A stretch of 63,172 bases of DNA, the filler included. It is 8 parts of 8 records of this genome, joined end to end, with 100 filler letters (N's around TTAATTAATTAA, not from the genome) between each part and the next. Parts side by side here need not be neighbours in the genome. Positions count along the whole stretch, not along the records: positions 1 to 27,448 come from SRR20825015_454; 7 more parts are not named here. One strand, 5' to 3'. The notes under the pieces were generated by a model that was not told where the DNA came from, made no database searches, and saw only the letters and a program-made list of their open reading frames with translations. Positions 8,757-18,688 of the stretch are shown one piece after another. A program made the position numbers and the translations under genes. Each line of letters opens with the position of its first letter. Position 1 is the stretch's first letter.

Positions 8757-10244
8757 ATGCCTATTGGTATTTGGATAAGTCTATTTCTCTATTTCGGTCT
8801 CATGATCGCAATCGGCGTTTACGCCGGTAAAAAATCTACTGCGAGTTCCGAAGAATACATGCTGGGCGGTCGCAAGCTGTCGCCCGCGGTGGCAGCATTG
8901 TCGGCCGGTGCATCAGATATGTCGGGCTGGTTGTTGCTCGGGTTGCCGGGTGCGCTTTACGCGACCGGTTTGGTGGAGGCGTGGATCGGCATTGGTTTGT
9001 TTCTCGGTGCGCTGGTCAATTGGATCGTGGTTGCCCCACGACTGCGTGAACAGACGGAACGCTACGATAATGCGCTCACGGTGCCGCAATTTTTGGCAAA
9101 TCGGTTTCCGTCCCGGGCGATGTCGCTTCGCATGGTTTCGGCCATTATTGTGGTGGTGTTCTTTGTGGTTTATACCGCCTCGGGTCTCGTGGCTGGCGGT
9201 AAATTATTTTCGAGTGCCTTCGGCGATCTAATCAATCTCGGAGCAATGAGCGATTACGCCTTCGGGGTGTGGTTTACCTTGGGGATTGTGCTTACTTACA
9301 CGGTGATCGGCGGATTTCTCGCGGTGAGTCTCACCGATTTTGTCCAAGGCTGCATCATGATGTTGGCACTGGTTATCATGCCGATCGTGATTCTCACCAC
9401 CGGATCGGGAGAAGGGGCAGGAGTGGCGGCCGCACGGCTGGGTGAGGTGGATCCCCATTTTCTATCATTGTTTAGCGGCCTGACCTTTATGGGGTTCCTC
9501 TCGACGGTGACGTGGGGACTGGGGTATTTCGGGCAACCGCACATTATCGTCCGTTTTATGGCGATTCGCTCGGTGCCCGAAGTAAGCAAAGCGCGTAATA
9601 TCGGGATGAGCTGGATGGCCGTCTCGGTCGTCGGAGCAGTGGGCTTGGGAATTTTCGGTCGGGCTTATGCCGAGCGAAATGGCATGGTTTTGGATGATCC
9701 TGAAACGATTTTCATCGTTCTGTCTGAGATGCTCTTTCATCCGCTGGTAACCGGCTTTCTTTACGCCGCATTGCTCGCCGCGATCATGTCAACCATCTCC
9801 AGTCAATTGTTAGTGTCTTCCTCTTCGCTGACCGAAGATTTCTACCGACTGTTCTTGCACAAGAAGGCCAACGACAAACAACTCGTCAGAATTGGACGGG
9901 TGTGTGTGTTACTTGTGGGCGTGATCGCCGCATTGATGGCTGGTGATCCTAATTCCAAGGTGCTGGGTCTCGTTTCGAATGCATGGGCGGGCTTTGGGGC
10001 AGCGTTTGGTCCGTTGATCATTTTGTCGCTCACCTGGAAGAAAATGACAGGAGCGGGAGCGGTTGCCGGCATGCTGGTGGGGGCGGTGACGGTGATCGTC
10101 TGGATCGCGATGGGTTGGAATAAATCCATCCTCGGCGGTCCGGGTCTTTATGAAATCGTCCCCGGATTTGTCTTGGCCTCGCTGGCCATTTGGGTGGTCA
10201 GTCGTGCCACCCCAAGTGACGGCGAATTCCGCCCTCTCTCTTGA
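8757..10244 (+). CDS. putP: Sodium/proline symporter
   Basis: Motifs ALSAGASDMSGWLLLGLPG, WGLGYFGQPHI and AAIMST, with many TM segments. Confidence 0.9.
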   Translation: MPIGIWISLFLYFGLMIAIGVYAGKKSTASSEEYMLGGRKLSPAVAALSAGASDMSGWLLLGLPGALYATGLVEAWIGIGLFLGALVNWIVVAPRLREQTERYDNALTVPQFLANRFPSRAMSLRMVSAIIVVVFFVVYTASGLVAGGKLFSSAFGDLINLGAMSDYAFGVWFTLGIVLTYTVIGGFLAVSLTDFVQGCIMMLALVIMPIVILTTGSGEGAGVAAARLGEVDPHFLSLFSGLTFMGFLSTVTWGLGYFGQPHIIVRFMAIRSVPEVSKARNIGMSWMAVSVVGAVGLGIFGRAYAERNGMVLDDPETIFIVLSEMLFHPLVTGFLYAALLAAIMSTISSQLLVSSSSLTEDFYRLFLHKKANDKQLVRIGRVCVLLVGVIAALMAGDPNSKVLGLVSNAWAGFGAAFGPLIILSLTWKKMTGAGAVAGMLVGAVTVIVWIAMGWNKSILGGPGLYEIVPGFVLASLAIWVVSRATPSDGEFRPLS

Positions 10245-10328
10245 GGGACACGGGACAAAATTCTCCATGTGACATCCTTGAGCCGATGAGAAACTAAGAT
10301 GAGACCACGCCGCAGAAACCGAGGCGTG

Positions 10329-11138
10329 CTATCTTCTCGCCCGCTTGGCCGTCCGGTCGAATGACCACATCAGGATTGGCGCGAAAACACTGTGGAACCA
10401 TGCAAGCATGGTCAGCGTAAAGCCCGGGGTGATGGCAAAGCGACCGCGCCGCAGTCCGTTGAGGGTAAGGCGAGCGACATCTTCGGCGGACCAGATCCCT
10501 CCCTGGGCTGTGAGAGCTTTGGTCTCCGGTGGTTTGCAGCGATTTTCCTCGGCGAGTTGCGGGGTATCGGTGTCCGGCGGATAGGCGATACTCACCTGCA
10601 CGCCGGATCCTTTCATTTCGGCGCGGAGCGATTCGGCGAGACCGCGCAAGGCGAATTTGGTGGGGCCGTAGGGCGTGTAGCCGAAGAAGCCATGAAAGGC
10701 GACGCCGGAAGAAACGAGGAGCACGGTGCCGTGACCCCGTGCTTTCATTGCGGGGATGATTGCTTTGAGCGGATAGAGAGTTCCGAAATAGTTCACGGCC
10801 ATCGTCCGTTCGAATGTTGCGGTGGGAATGACTTCGAAATATCCGGCATGAGCGATACCCGCGGAAGTGATCAGCACGTCGACGGGACCATGGATGGTTT
10901 CGACGGTATTGAGTGCGGCGAGCGCCTCGGTTTCGATGGAGACATCGGCAGTAGCGACGGCGATTTCCAAACAAGCGGGCGCGACTTTTACAATTTCTAT
11001 CCGCGCCTGTTCGAGTTTAGTGGGGTCGCGGGCGATCAGACTGAGTCTCGCACCTTCCGCGGCGGCCTGTTGCGCGATGGCCAAGCCGATGCCACTCGAG
11101 CCACCGGTGATGCACACATGTTGATCGCGCAGCGTCAT
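10329..11138 (-). CDS. Short-chain dehydrogenase, 3-ketodihydrosphingosine reductase (KDSR)-like subgroup
   Basis: [8 protein letters not shown], YGPTK (YxxxK) and the KDSR-type signature [13 protein letters not shown].ET. Start at MTLRDQ. Confidence 0.8.
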   Translation of the reverse strand: [269 protein letters not shown]

Positions 11139-11296
11139 CGGGCAGGGTAAGGGGGAGAGGGCAACAGGAAGGTCACGAGCTAATCTCTGGCATGGAATAC
11201 CTTGCGGCGTCAACTGGTCGTGCCCGTGAGGGCAGTGGAAATCAGATTGGGGTATTCTGAGATTGTCATGCCCGGGGCGGAGCCAAGGGTCGGGCG

Positions 11297-12436
11297 ATGG
11301 GAAACACGTTTGAAAGCGGTCGTGAGGATGGACGTTTCATGGAGACGGCGGGATTTTATCACGCCTATTTAAAAAACCTGAAACCGCGTTTGAAGTTTGA
11401 TCCGGCGATGTCGGCTGGCGAGATGGAGGTTTGGCGGGAGAAAGTGCGGAAGAAACTAAAGGATCTGCTCGATTTCCCCGAGGTCGATTCGACTCCGGAA
11501 CCGAAACGGCTGTGGGAGAAATCCCGGGAGGGCTACCGTTTGGAGAAGTGGGAAGCGTATCCGGAACCATATAGCGTGGTGCCGTTCTATATTTTGGTGC
11601 CGGATGGCGTGAGCGCTGAATCACCGGCTCCGTTGGTGATGTGCTTCTCCGGTGCGAATGCGAGTAAGGAGAATTTAGCCGGGGAGCCGGAGCAGGGAGA
11701 ATCTGAAATCGGAAATACGCGGAAGTGGTTGGATAATCGGATGGCCTATCACTACGCCCGAAACGGATTCGTAGCGGTCTCTTTAGACAGCCCGGGAACG
11801 CATGAAACGGAGAGTGCGCTTTGTGCACGAAACGTATTTTCCCTCAATGCTCTTTGGATGGGCCGTCCTTACGAATGCATGACGACTTTTCAGAAAGCGC
11901 ACATCATGCATTGGCTCGCCGGACAACCGCATGTTGATCGGAATCGGATTGCGGTGAGTGGTCATTCTTTGGGCGCGAAACCAGCGGATATGCTGGGGGT
12001 GCTTTACCCGGATCTGGTTAAAGCGGTCGTGCATAATGACTTTATGGGCAATTGGCAGGAGCGACTGGTAGCGTTGAATCTGCACGAGCGACCTCCTTAT
12101 CAAGTGATCCCGGGGATATTTCAGTGGTTTGATTATTCGGATATCGAAGCCGCTCTCTCGCCGACCCCGTTGTTGTTCACGGAAGGTGGCCGAGTGCAAA
12201 ATTATCAAACCCTCCAAGAGGCTTATGCCCTCGCGGGGGCACCTGATCATGTGAGGCTGTATCATTGTGATAAATATGCCGATCCGGCATCACGGAAATA
12301 CGATGACGTTGAATTGCCGATCGGTTTGACGGATGACGAATATTTTGAGCATGCCAATGTGGTGGTATCCGAACATCGTTTCCGTCATTGGCATGCGGTG
12401 CCTTGGTTGCGAAAACTGTTTGGGATGGCAGGGTAG
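11297..12436 (+). CDS. Alpha/beta hydrolase (Abhydrolase_7-like)
   Basis: Motifs GYRLEKWEAYP, IAVSGHSLG and LLFTEGG. Confidence 0.7.
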   Translation: MGNTFESGREDGRFMETAGFYHAYLKNLKPRLKFDPAMSAGEMEVWREKVRKKLKDLLDFPEVDSTPEPKRLWEKSREGYRLEKWEAYPEPYSVVPFYILVPDGVSAESPAPLVMCFSGANASKENLAGEPEQGESEIGNTRKWLDNRMAYHYARNGFVAVSLDSPGTHETESALCARNVFSLNALWMGRPYECMTTFQKAHIMHWLAGQPHVDRNRIAVSGHSLGAKPADMLGVLYPDLVKAVVHNDFMGNWQERLVALNLHERPPYQVIPGIFQWFDYSDIEAALSPTPLLFTEGGRVQNYQTLQEAYALAGAPDHVRLYHCDKYADPASRKYDDVELPIGLTDDEYFEHANVVVSEHRFRHWHAVPWLRKLFGMAG

Positions 12437-12519
12437 GGTTTGACCCGCATGCGGCACTTTTTCAAGGTGCGGTCTACCCCTGATCTTTTGTCCGGATCAA
12501 TCTCCCCCTTGCTCGGACC

Positions 12520-13902
12520 ATGCATGCTTTCTTTTCCCCTGGTTTACTAATGGCTCAATCAACGCCGGTGGCCGGCCCGTTGCTGGCACTGGCAATGGGC
12601 GTCCTGTTCGTGGTGTTGGCGATCGCCAAGTGGCGTCTGCATCCGTTTTTCGCGCTGATAGGAGCAGCGATTGCGGTTGGATTGGTCGTGGTGTTTGGCG
12701 GATGGAGCGAGTTGTCGCTCATCGATGCGGTGCAAAGGCCGATGGAAGCCTTGGGACGCTCCACGGGAAGTATCGCCGTGATCATCGCGATGGCGGCAGT
12801 GATTGGAGAATGTCTGACGGTGAGTGGTGGCGCGGAGAAAGTGGTCAACGCGTTGTTGCGATTGTGGGGTGAAAAGCGGGCGGGCATCGCGCTGATGATT
12901 GCGGGCCTGGTGCTCGCGATTCCGGTGTTTTTCGACACGGTGTTTTTGCTGCTGTTGCCGTTGGCGCGGGTGATGGCGAAACGCACGGGGAAGGACTATC
13001 TGTTTTATGTGATGGTGCTGTGCGCGGGTGGCGTGATTGCTCATTCGACGGTGCCACCGACGCCGGGCCCGCTGTTGGTCGCGGAAGAATTGGGTCTCAG
13101 TATGGCTGTGGCGATTGGCGGCGGACTCGCCTGTGCGATCCTGCCGGCGGCCGGCACGTTGTGGGTGGCTCGGTGGATTGGAAAGCGGGTGTTGGTGCCC
13201 ATACCGGAAGGTGGGCCGCATGAATCGAAGACAGAGGCTGAACTGCCGGGTTTAGCGATATCGATTCTGCCGGTGATCCTGCCTTTGATTTTGATCGGAG
13301 CCGTTTCCATTTACGGATTAATCGCCGAAGTTTCACCGGAATGGCTGGCTTTTCTGGGCAATAAGCATGTCGCCCTGTTTGCCGGGATGCTGGCGGGGAT
13401 TTGCCTCGCGTTGAACAGCAAGGGTGGGGCCGGCGAATCGATGGGCACATTATTGGGGCGGTCGTTGGAAATGGCAGGGCCGATCATTCTGATCACCGCA
13501 GCGGGTGGGGCCTTTGGGGCGATGTTGCGCGAGGCGGGGATCGGTGAGTCCGTCACAACACTGGCGGCGGGGCGGGAATTGAACTACGTGCTGCTCGGTT
13601 GGTTGTTGGCGGCGGTAGTGCGGGTCGCCCAAGGGTCGGCGACGGTGGCGATGATCACGGCCACAGGTATGCTCACGGCGGCGGCCGGCGAAACGGGATG
13701 GGGTGTGAATCCGTTGTGGGTGTTTCTCGCCATCGGTTATGGCAGCATCGTTTTTTCCTGGGCCAATGATTCCGGATTCTGGTTGGTGAGCCGGATGTGC
13801 GGATGGGATGCTCGCACGACTTTCAAAAGCTGGACAGTGGTGCTCTCGGCCATCTCGATTTTTGGGGTGATCGAAACCCTGATTTTGTCGGCGATTTTCT
13901 GA
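12520..13902 (+). CDS. GntP family gluconate:H+ symporter-like permease
   Basis: Motifs RLHPFFAL, IPVFFD, VPPTPGP, QGSATVA and NDSGFW. Confidence 0.85.
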   Translation: MHAFFSPGLLMAQSTPVAGPLLALAMGVLFVVLAIAKWRLHPFFALIGAAIAVGLVVVFGGWSELSLIDAVQRPMEALGRSTGSIAVIIAMAAVIGECLTVSGGAEKVVNALLRLWGEKRAGIALMIAGLVLAIPVFFDTVFLLLLPLARVMAKRTGKDYLFYVMVLCAGGVIAHSTVPPTPGPLLVAEELGLSMAVAIGGGLACAILPAAGTLWVARWIGKRVLVPIPEGGPHESKTEAELPGLAISILPVILPLILIGAVSIYGLIAEVSPEWLAFLGNKHVALFAGMLAGICLALNSKGGAGESMGTLLGRSLEMAGPIILITAAGGAFGAMLREAGIGESVTTLAAGRELNYVLLGWLLAAVVRVAQGSATVAMITATGMLTAAAGETGWGVNPLWVFLAIGYGSIVFSWANDSGFWLVSRMCGWDARTTFKSWTVVLSAISIFGVIETLILSAIF

Positions 13903-14010
13903 GAAGCCCTCATAGCGTGAGTCTTTCAGCATGTCCAGGTGACGACTTCAGAGTATCAAGTGGTCGTTTTGAGATATAGAGAGTGGACATTGTTTACTGT
14001 AGAATAATAC

Positions 14011-14940
14011 ATGAAGCTTCCCATGCCCGCTAAGGTAAGACTATCCCATCTGCTACTTTCCCCATGGATCACAACCCTGATTTCAGTGCTGTTCTCTGTG
14101 GCCATCTATTTGCTGGTGTGCGGCTTTATCGTTCAGGATTACGGGGATGGGGTTGGCCTGACGCTGTCCATCACCATTCCCGCCGTAATAACTTATCCTT
14201 TTTCTCGGTTTGGGATCAGCTGTTACCGGCGGATCGAGGACCAAAAAATTGAGCTCGAGCGCATGAATGCGCTCAACAAGCGGTTGTTTTCAACCATCGC
14301 CCACGATATCCGCGGTCCCATTGCCAGCGCTTGCTCAGTGATGCAGGCCTTTGAGACAGAAGATATGACGCGGGAGGAACGCCGGGATATGATTCGTAAA
14401 TTATCCGCCTCATTCGATAATTTGTCCCAATTCTTGGATGATCTGTTGGAGTGGTCGCGGCATCAGCTGGCCGGTGATCAGGTGGTTCACTCCGTCGTTG
14501 ATCTGGATCGGTTGTTGGATCGTATCATTACGCTGTATGAACCGATGATGACGGCCAAATCGCTCCAATTGCGTCGCGATGTGCGGACGGGATGGATCAA
14601 GCTGGATGAAGCGGGATATTCTCTGGTTCTCCGCAATATTATCCACAATGCGATCAAGTTCACTCCTGAGCGCGGTGAGATCACGATAGAAATTACGGAT
14701 CGAAACGATAAGCTTGAGACCAGAATCCGTGATACGGGTGTCGGGATTGATAAGGACTATCTTGAGCTGATTTTGGTCAGTTCCGAAAGCGTTTCCTCAA
14801 AGGGCACCAATAATGAAACCGGGTCGGGCTTTGGTCTACAGGCCAGTATTCAGTATATCAGATATTCCGGAGGACAGTTGGAGATAGAGAGTGAGAAAGG
14901 CAAGGGCACGGAATTCCGGTTCACGCTCCCTCTCGGTTAA
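14011..14940 (+). CDS. Membrane sensor histidine kinase (orphan)
   Basis: Two N-terminal TM helices, H box IAHDIRGP, N box NAIKFT, G boxes DTGVG and GSGFGL. Confidence 0.85.
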   Translation: MKLPMPAKVRLSHLLLSPWITTLISVLFSVAIYLLVCGFIVQDYGDGVGLTLSITIPAVITYPFSRFGISCYRRIEDQKIELERMNALNKRLFSTIAHDIRGPIASACSVMQAFETEDMTREERRDMIRKLSASFDNLSQFLDDLLEWSRHQLAGDQVVHSVVDLDRLLDRIITLYEPMMTAKSLQLRRDVRTGWIKLDEAGYSLVLRNIIHNAIKFTPERGEITIEITDRNDKLETRIRDTGVGIDKDYLELILVSSESVSSKGTNNETGSGFGLQASIQYIRYSGGQLEIESEKGKGTEFRFTLPLG

Positions 14941-14983
14941 TTGCAAAAAGAGCCTTCGATTCAGTTGAGGAGTGAAACCGTGT

Positions 14984-16147
14984 TCAGATCGCGTGATCAG
15001 CGGGGGCGTTTTCTCCAGCCCAGAGTTTCACGTTGGTCCACGGTTTATCGGGCTCGCTCCAAAACGGGGAACCGGCGGGGAGTCCGAGTGGGAGGAACAA
15101 CGTGCTGCAGAGGTAGAGACTGCCGGTGTTGATGTAGCGTTCTCCGAGTCCTGGTTGGTGTCCGGCAAGCCCAATTCGTAACCAGCCTCCATCGTCGAAA
15201 GTATCGGGGGCATTCAAGGTGCGTCGCATGACCGCGGTGAGTGCGCCCCGCACCTGGGCTGGCATAATGTCCGGAGGAAGTTCCTCGCGTAGGGCGACTT
15301 GGGCGAGTGTTTGGAACGCCCCGCCCCGATACGCGATGGAGCGACCGAGCGGAGGGTAGGAGCCGTCTGCCGCGATGGTGCGTTCCTGCACGGCGGCGAA
15401 CCGCACGGCCCGTGTTTTGATCGACGGCAGGAGGGCTTCCCATTCGGATCGGCGTGAATGCACAGCCTCAAGGATGTCCAGTAGCATGGGTTGGATCACA
15501 TAACTGTTGTAATAGTCGCAGTGCAGTTCAGGTCCGTCGCCATAGATGCCATCGCCCAAATACCATTCCTGGTGGCGGTTAATCGCGTATTCGATCGCGG
15601 TATCGTCACACTCGCCGGTAAATCGAAAGAGTGCTGCCTCAATCATTGCGGAGAAGAGCAGCCAGTTGGATTCGTTGGCCTGAAATTGACGCGTTTGGCG
15701 AAGAGCCTCCAGGAGCCGGGATTGGGTGAGTGGGGTTAATGGGACGAACAGCTCGTTTGGGGCGCGCAGCATCGCATGGGCCAGGAAGGCAGCATCGACC
15801 AGAGTCTGACGCTCTTGATCAAACCGGACCGCGTCGGGAGATTTGGGATCGAGCGCTTGAGTGATCCCCGTGCGGGCGAGTTCACGAAAGTGGGACTGGG
15901 CCGCCGATTCATCGGCGGGGATATCGTGCAAAGCGAGCCAGGGGGCGATACCTGCCAGGGTGCGTCCGAGGATTTCGAGATGGCAAACGCGGGCGCAGTA
16001 GTCATCCCGTCCTTCGGCGCATTCGCGGGGCATGGATTCACGGAGACGGCCGGCGGCGATTGCTTCGAGTGGGGGGCGGGCGAGCTTGATCAGTTGCTCG
16101 GTCCATTCGTGACGGAGGGGGTTTTGTAAGTCGACGATGCGGGGCAT
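14984..16147 (-). CDS. DUF2264-like protein
   Basis: Motifs LEILGRTLAGIAPWL, LVDAAFLA, NWLLF, WYLGDG.YGDG, GRSIAYR and YINTGSLY. Confidence 0.75.
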   Translation of the reverse strand: MPRIVDLQNPLRHEWTEQLIKLARPPLEAIAAGRLRESMPRECAEGRDDYCARVCHLEILGRTLAGIAPWLALHDIPADESAAQSHFRELARTGITQALDPKSPDAVRFDQERQTLVDAAFLAHAMLRAPNELFVPLTPLTQSRLLEALRQTRQFQANESNWLLFSAMIEAALFRFTGECDDTAIEYAINRHQEWYLGDGIYGDGPELHCDYYNSYVIQPMLLDILEAVHSRRSEWEALLPSIKTRAVRFAAVQERTIAADGSYPPLGRSIAYRGGAFQTLAQVALREELPPDIMPAQVRGALTAVMRRTLNAPDTFDDGGWLRIGLAGHQPGLGERYINTGSLYLCSTLFLPLGLPAGSPFWSEPDKPWTNVKLWAGENAPADHAI

Positions 16148-16266
16148 GATTTTCTTTAGGACGAGATTGGCGAAAATGCGAAGAAAGGCGGCGGCTTTTT
16201 TGAGAAAATGACCTGTCTTTGAAAAACTTGTAGCGGGATGGCGTGATAGTCGCTCATGATTGCGGA

Positions 16267-17040
16267 ATGAGTTCGCCCCACGCCTTTTCCGGAATCCCGG
16301 TAACTCCCCGCCCCAGCAAGCCTCGGGAATCGGGTTTAACCATGTTGATCGATTGGGGGATCAGCCCGCTGGTGGAAGAGGATCTCTTAAAAACCTCGAG
16401 TGAGTATATTGATCTGGCGAAAATTGCCGTGGGGATCGCCGGTCTGCTCGATAAGGAGATTTTGTCCACGAAACTGGAGACGTATCGGAATTATCAGGTG
16501 AAGCCGTTTCCCGGGGGGCAATTTCTGGAATACGCGGTGGGTAAAGGGCTTGAAGATACTTTTCTCAAAGAAGCGGGCGAGGCTGGTTTCGATATGATTG
16601 AAGTGTCGGATAACACGGTGCCGTTTGAGCCGGCGTTTAAGACGAGCCTGATTCGCAAGGCGCGGGAAGACTATGGGTTTACGGTTTTGGGTGAGGTCGG
16701 ATCAAAAATCTCCGCCACGGAGATCGAACCCTTTGTTGCCGATGTGCGTCAGTGTTTGGATGCGGGCGCATGGAAGGTTTTTGTCGAAGCCGCTGATTTA
16801 CTCGATGGCGAGGACCTGCGGGTCGATCTGGTCGAGGCGCTCCAAAAGGAGTTCAAGCTGGAGCAGCTGATTTTTGAATTGCCGGGATGGTGGATTGGCT
16901 CCGGCGGTGGTCTGAAGGTTGAAATTCTTAATCGCTTGTTCAAGGAGCTCGGTCCGGAGGTCAATCTGGCCAACGTGGAACAGGGGGATGTTCTCTTTCT
17001 GGAAACTCAAAGAAGAAAGACCGGTGTTTCCGGCTTTTGA
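16267..17040 (+). CDS. comA: Phosphosulfolactate synthase (ComA family)
   Basis: Motifs KPRESGLTMLIDWG, YIDLAK, PGG, IEVSD, EVGSK, IFE and GPEVNLANV. Confidence 0.85.
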   Translation: MSSPHAFSGIPVTPRPSKPRESGLTMLIDWGISPLVEEDLLKTSSEYIDLAKIAVGIAGLLDKEILSTKLETYRNYQVKPFPGGQFLEYAVGKGLEDTFLKEAGEAGFDMIEVSDNTVPFEPAFKTSLIRKAREDYGFTVLGEVGSKISATEIEPFVADVRQCLDAGAWKVFVEAADLLDGEDLRVDLVEALQKEFKLEQLIFELPGWWIGSGGGLKVEILNRLFKELGPEVNLANVEQGDVLFLETQRRKTGVSGF

Positions 17041-17108
17041 TGGTGTGGTGTTTTTTTCGTCGTGCTCCTTTGACTTGGCACAGGTGAGTCGTTTCGGAAT
17101 TTAAAGGC

Positions 17109-18107
17109 ATGAAAACTCAGGCAATTTTTCTCCTGAACCCAGATATGATGGATCTCATCTATGATGAGGCCGCACGGGTTCGGATTGAGCAGATGCTGAC
17201 GATGGTCGCGCCTCCGCAATCGGCAGACACCTATCGTGACTTGGGGGTGAGACTGCAGGAGGTGGAAGCGATTATTTCGGGTTGGAGTATGCCGGAAATG
17301 ACGCCCGCATTTTTTGAGATGTTCCCCAATCTCAAAGTCCTGTTTTACGGCGCGGGCAGTGTGCGGAATATCGCGACTGACGCATCATGGAAGCGCGGGG
17401 TTCGGGTGGTCAGTGCCGTCAAAGTGAACGCGGTCCCGACTTCCGAATACGCATTTGCGAATATTATACTGTGTCTGAAGCAGGTCTGGATGCAGGCGAA
17501 TCAGATCACCCGAAGCGGACGCTATGAGCGATCCATCCAACACGTGGTCGGCGCCTATGGCAGCACGGTAGGTTTGTTGGGATTGGGACAGATTGGACGT
17601 CTGGTCGCGCAACGACTCTCTACGCTTGATGTGCGGGTAGTCGCGTATGATCCGATGGTCACTGCGGAGGAAGCGGAGGTGTTGGGGGTGAAGCTTGCAT
17701 CGATCGACGAAGTCTTTGCGCAATCGGATGTGGTCAGTTGCCATATTCCTTGGTTACCCAGCACCGAACGTATCCTGACAGGAGAGCATTTTCGATCAAT
17801 GAAACCAAACGCGTCGTTCATTAATTCAGCCCGCGGTGCCGTGGTGGCCGAGAATGAAATGATTGAGGTGCTGGGCGAGCGCCCGGATCTCTTTGCCTTA
17901 TTGGATGTGACTCATCCCGAACCACCGGTCGAAGGATCGCTTCTCTATACGCTCCCCAATGTCGTGCTCACGCCGCATATCGCCGGCAGCGCCGGCGGGG
18001 AATGCCATCGCATGGGCAAGCTGATCGCCGATGAGATCGGTCGCTATGTGTCGGGAGAATCGCTGCAGCACGAAATCACCGAAGCCCAAGCCGCGACGAT
18101 GGCGTGA
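17109..18107 (+). CDS. D-isomer-specific 2-hydroxyacid dehydrogenase
   Basis: Motifs GLGQIG, AYDP, INSARG, LDV..PEP and TPHIAG. Confidence 0.9.
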   Translation: MKTQAIFLLNPDMMDLIYDEAARVRIEQMLTMVAPPQSADTYRDLGVRLQEVEAIISGWSMPEMTPAFFEMFPNLKVLFYGAGSVRNIATDASWKRGVRVVSAVKVNAVPTSEYAFANIILCLKQVWMQANQITRSGRYERSIQHVVGAYGSTVGLLGLGQIGRLVAQRLSTLDVRVVAYDPMVTAEEAEVLGVKLASIDEVFAQSDVVSCHIPWLPSTERILTGEHFRSMKPNASFINSARGAVVAENEMIEVLGERPDLFALLDVTHPEPPVEGSLLYTLPNVVLTPHIAGSAGGECHRMGKLIADEIGRYVSGESLQHEITEAQAATMA

Positions 18108-18133
18108 GGGGTGAATGGGGACGCTATTCACGC

Positions 18134-18171
18134 AAAAGCCCCGCGCGAGTTGAATAAAACGCACGGGGCTT
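18134..18171 (-). terminator. Intrinsic terminator downstream of ssrA
   Basis: Minus strand AAGCCCCGTGCG...CGCGCGGGGCTT stem ending in a short T run, about 10 nt after the tmRNA CCA. Confidence 0.65.
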
Positions 18172-18181
18172 GATGACAGAA

Positions 18182-18538
18182 TGGTGGAGGTGGCGGGAGT
18201 TGAACCCGCGTGTGACTGATCTTCACGCACCGCATCTACCGTTATAGGGTGACTTTAATCTCGCCCGAGTCACGCGATCACCCGCGCTTAAGCTCAAGCC
18301 AACTCCCGGATGAAGATACGGTATGTAGTCCGCGAGTCGCTCTACATACTATACCTGCTGTCGACGTCGGTCACCACTAGCAGGTGTCGTAGGACCAACG
18401 TGGAGCCTAATTAGGCTGCCAAGGGCATTTCTTCGTAATCGCCATTTATGTTTTTTTGAAAAGAGGATTAACGAGAGGCTTTTCACACTCGAACGGCAGC
18501 GACGCACTCCAACCAGAAATCGAATCCAGAACACCCCC
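18182..18538 (-). ncRNA. ssrA: tmRNA (one-piece, 357 nt), tag (A)GDYEEMPLAA*
   Basis: 5' GGGGGTG pairs with CACCTCC-ACCA including G3.U70. T-arm GCGGGTTCAACTCCCGC. Tag ORF at 18443-18411 after ATAAAT, ending LAA-TAA. Confidence 0.95.
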
Positions 18539-18688
18539 AAAAGTGAGTAGCCCGGATGACTGGGTGCGAACCAATCAAAGAACAGGTCGGCTAACTTGCA
18601 GAAGAATTTATTGAAGTGCAAGCGGGATGTTTATTTACATATCGGAGTAGCGGCTTTTCTGTAGAGGTTTGTCACTCTAAGGACGCCA

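Noticed and set aside
18349-18621. 90-aa minus-strand ORF
   Set aside because: It overlaps the tmRNA gene and its promoter region and has no protein features.
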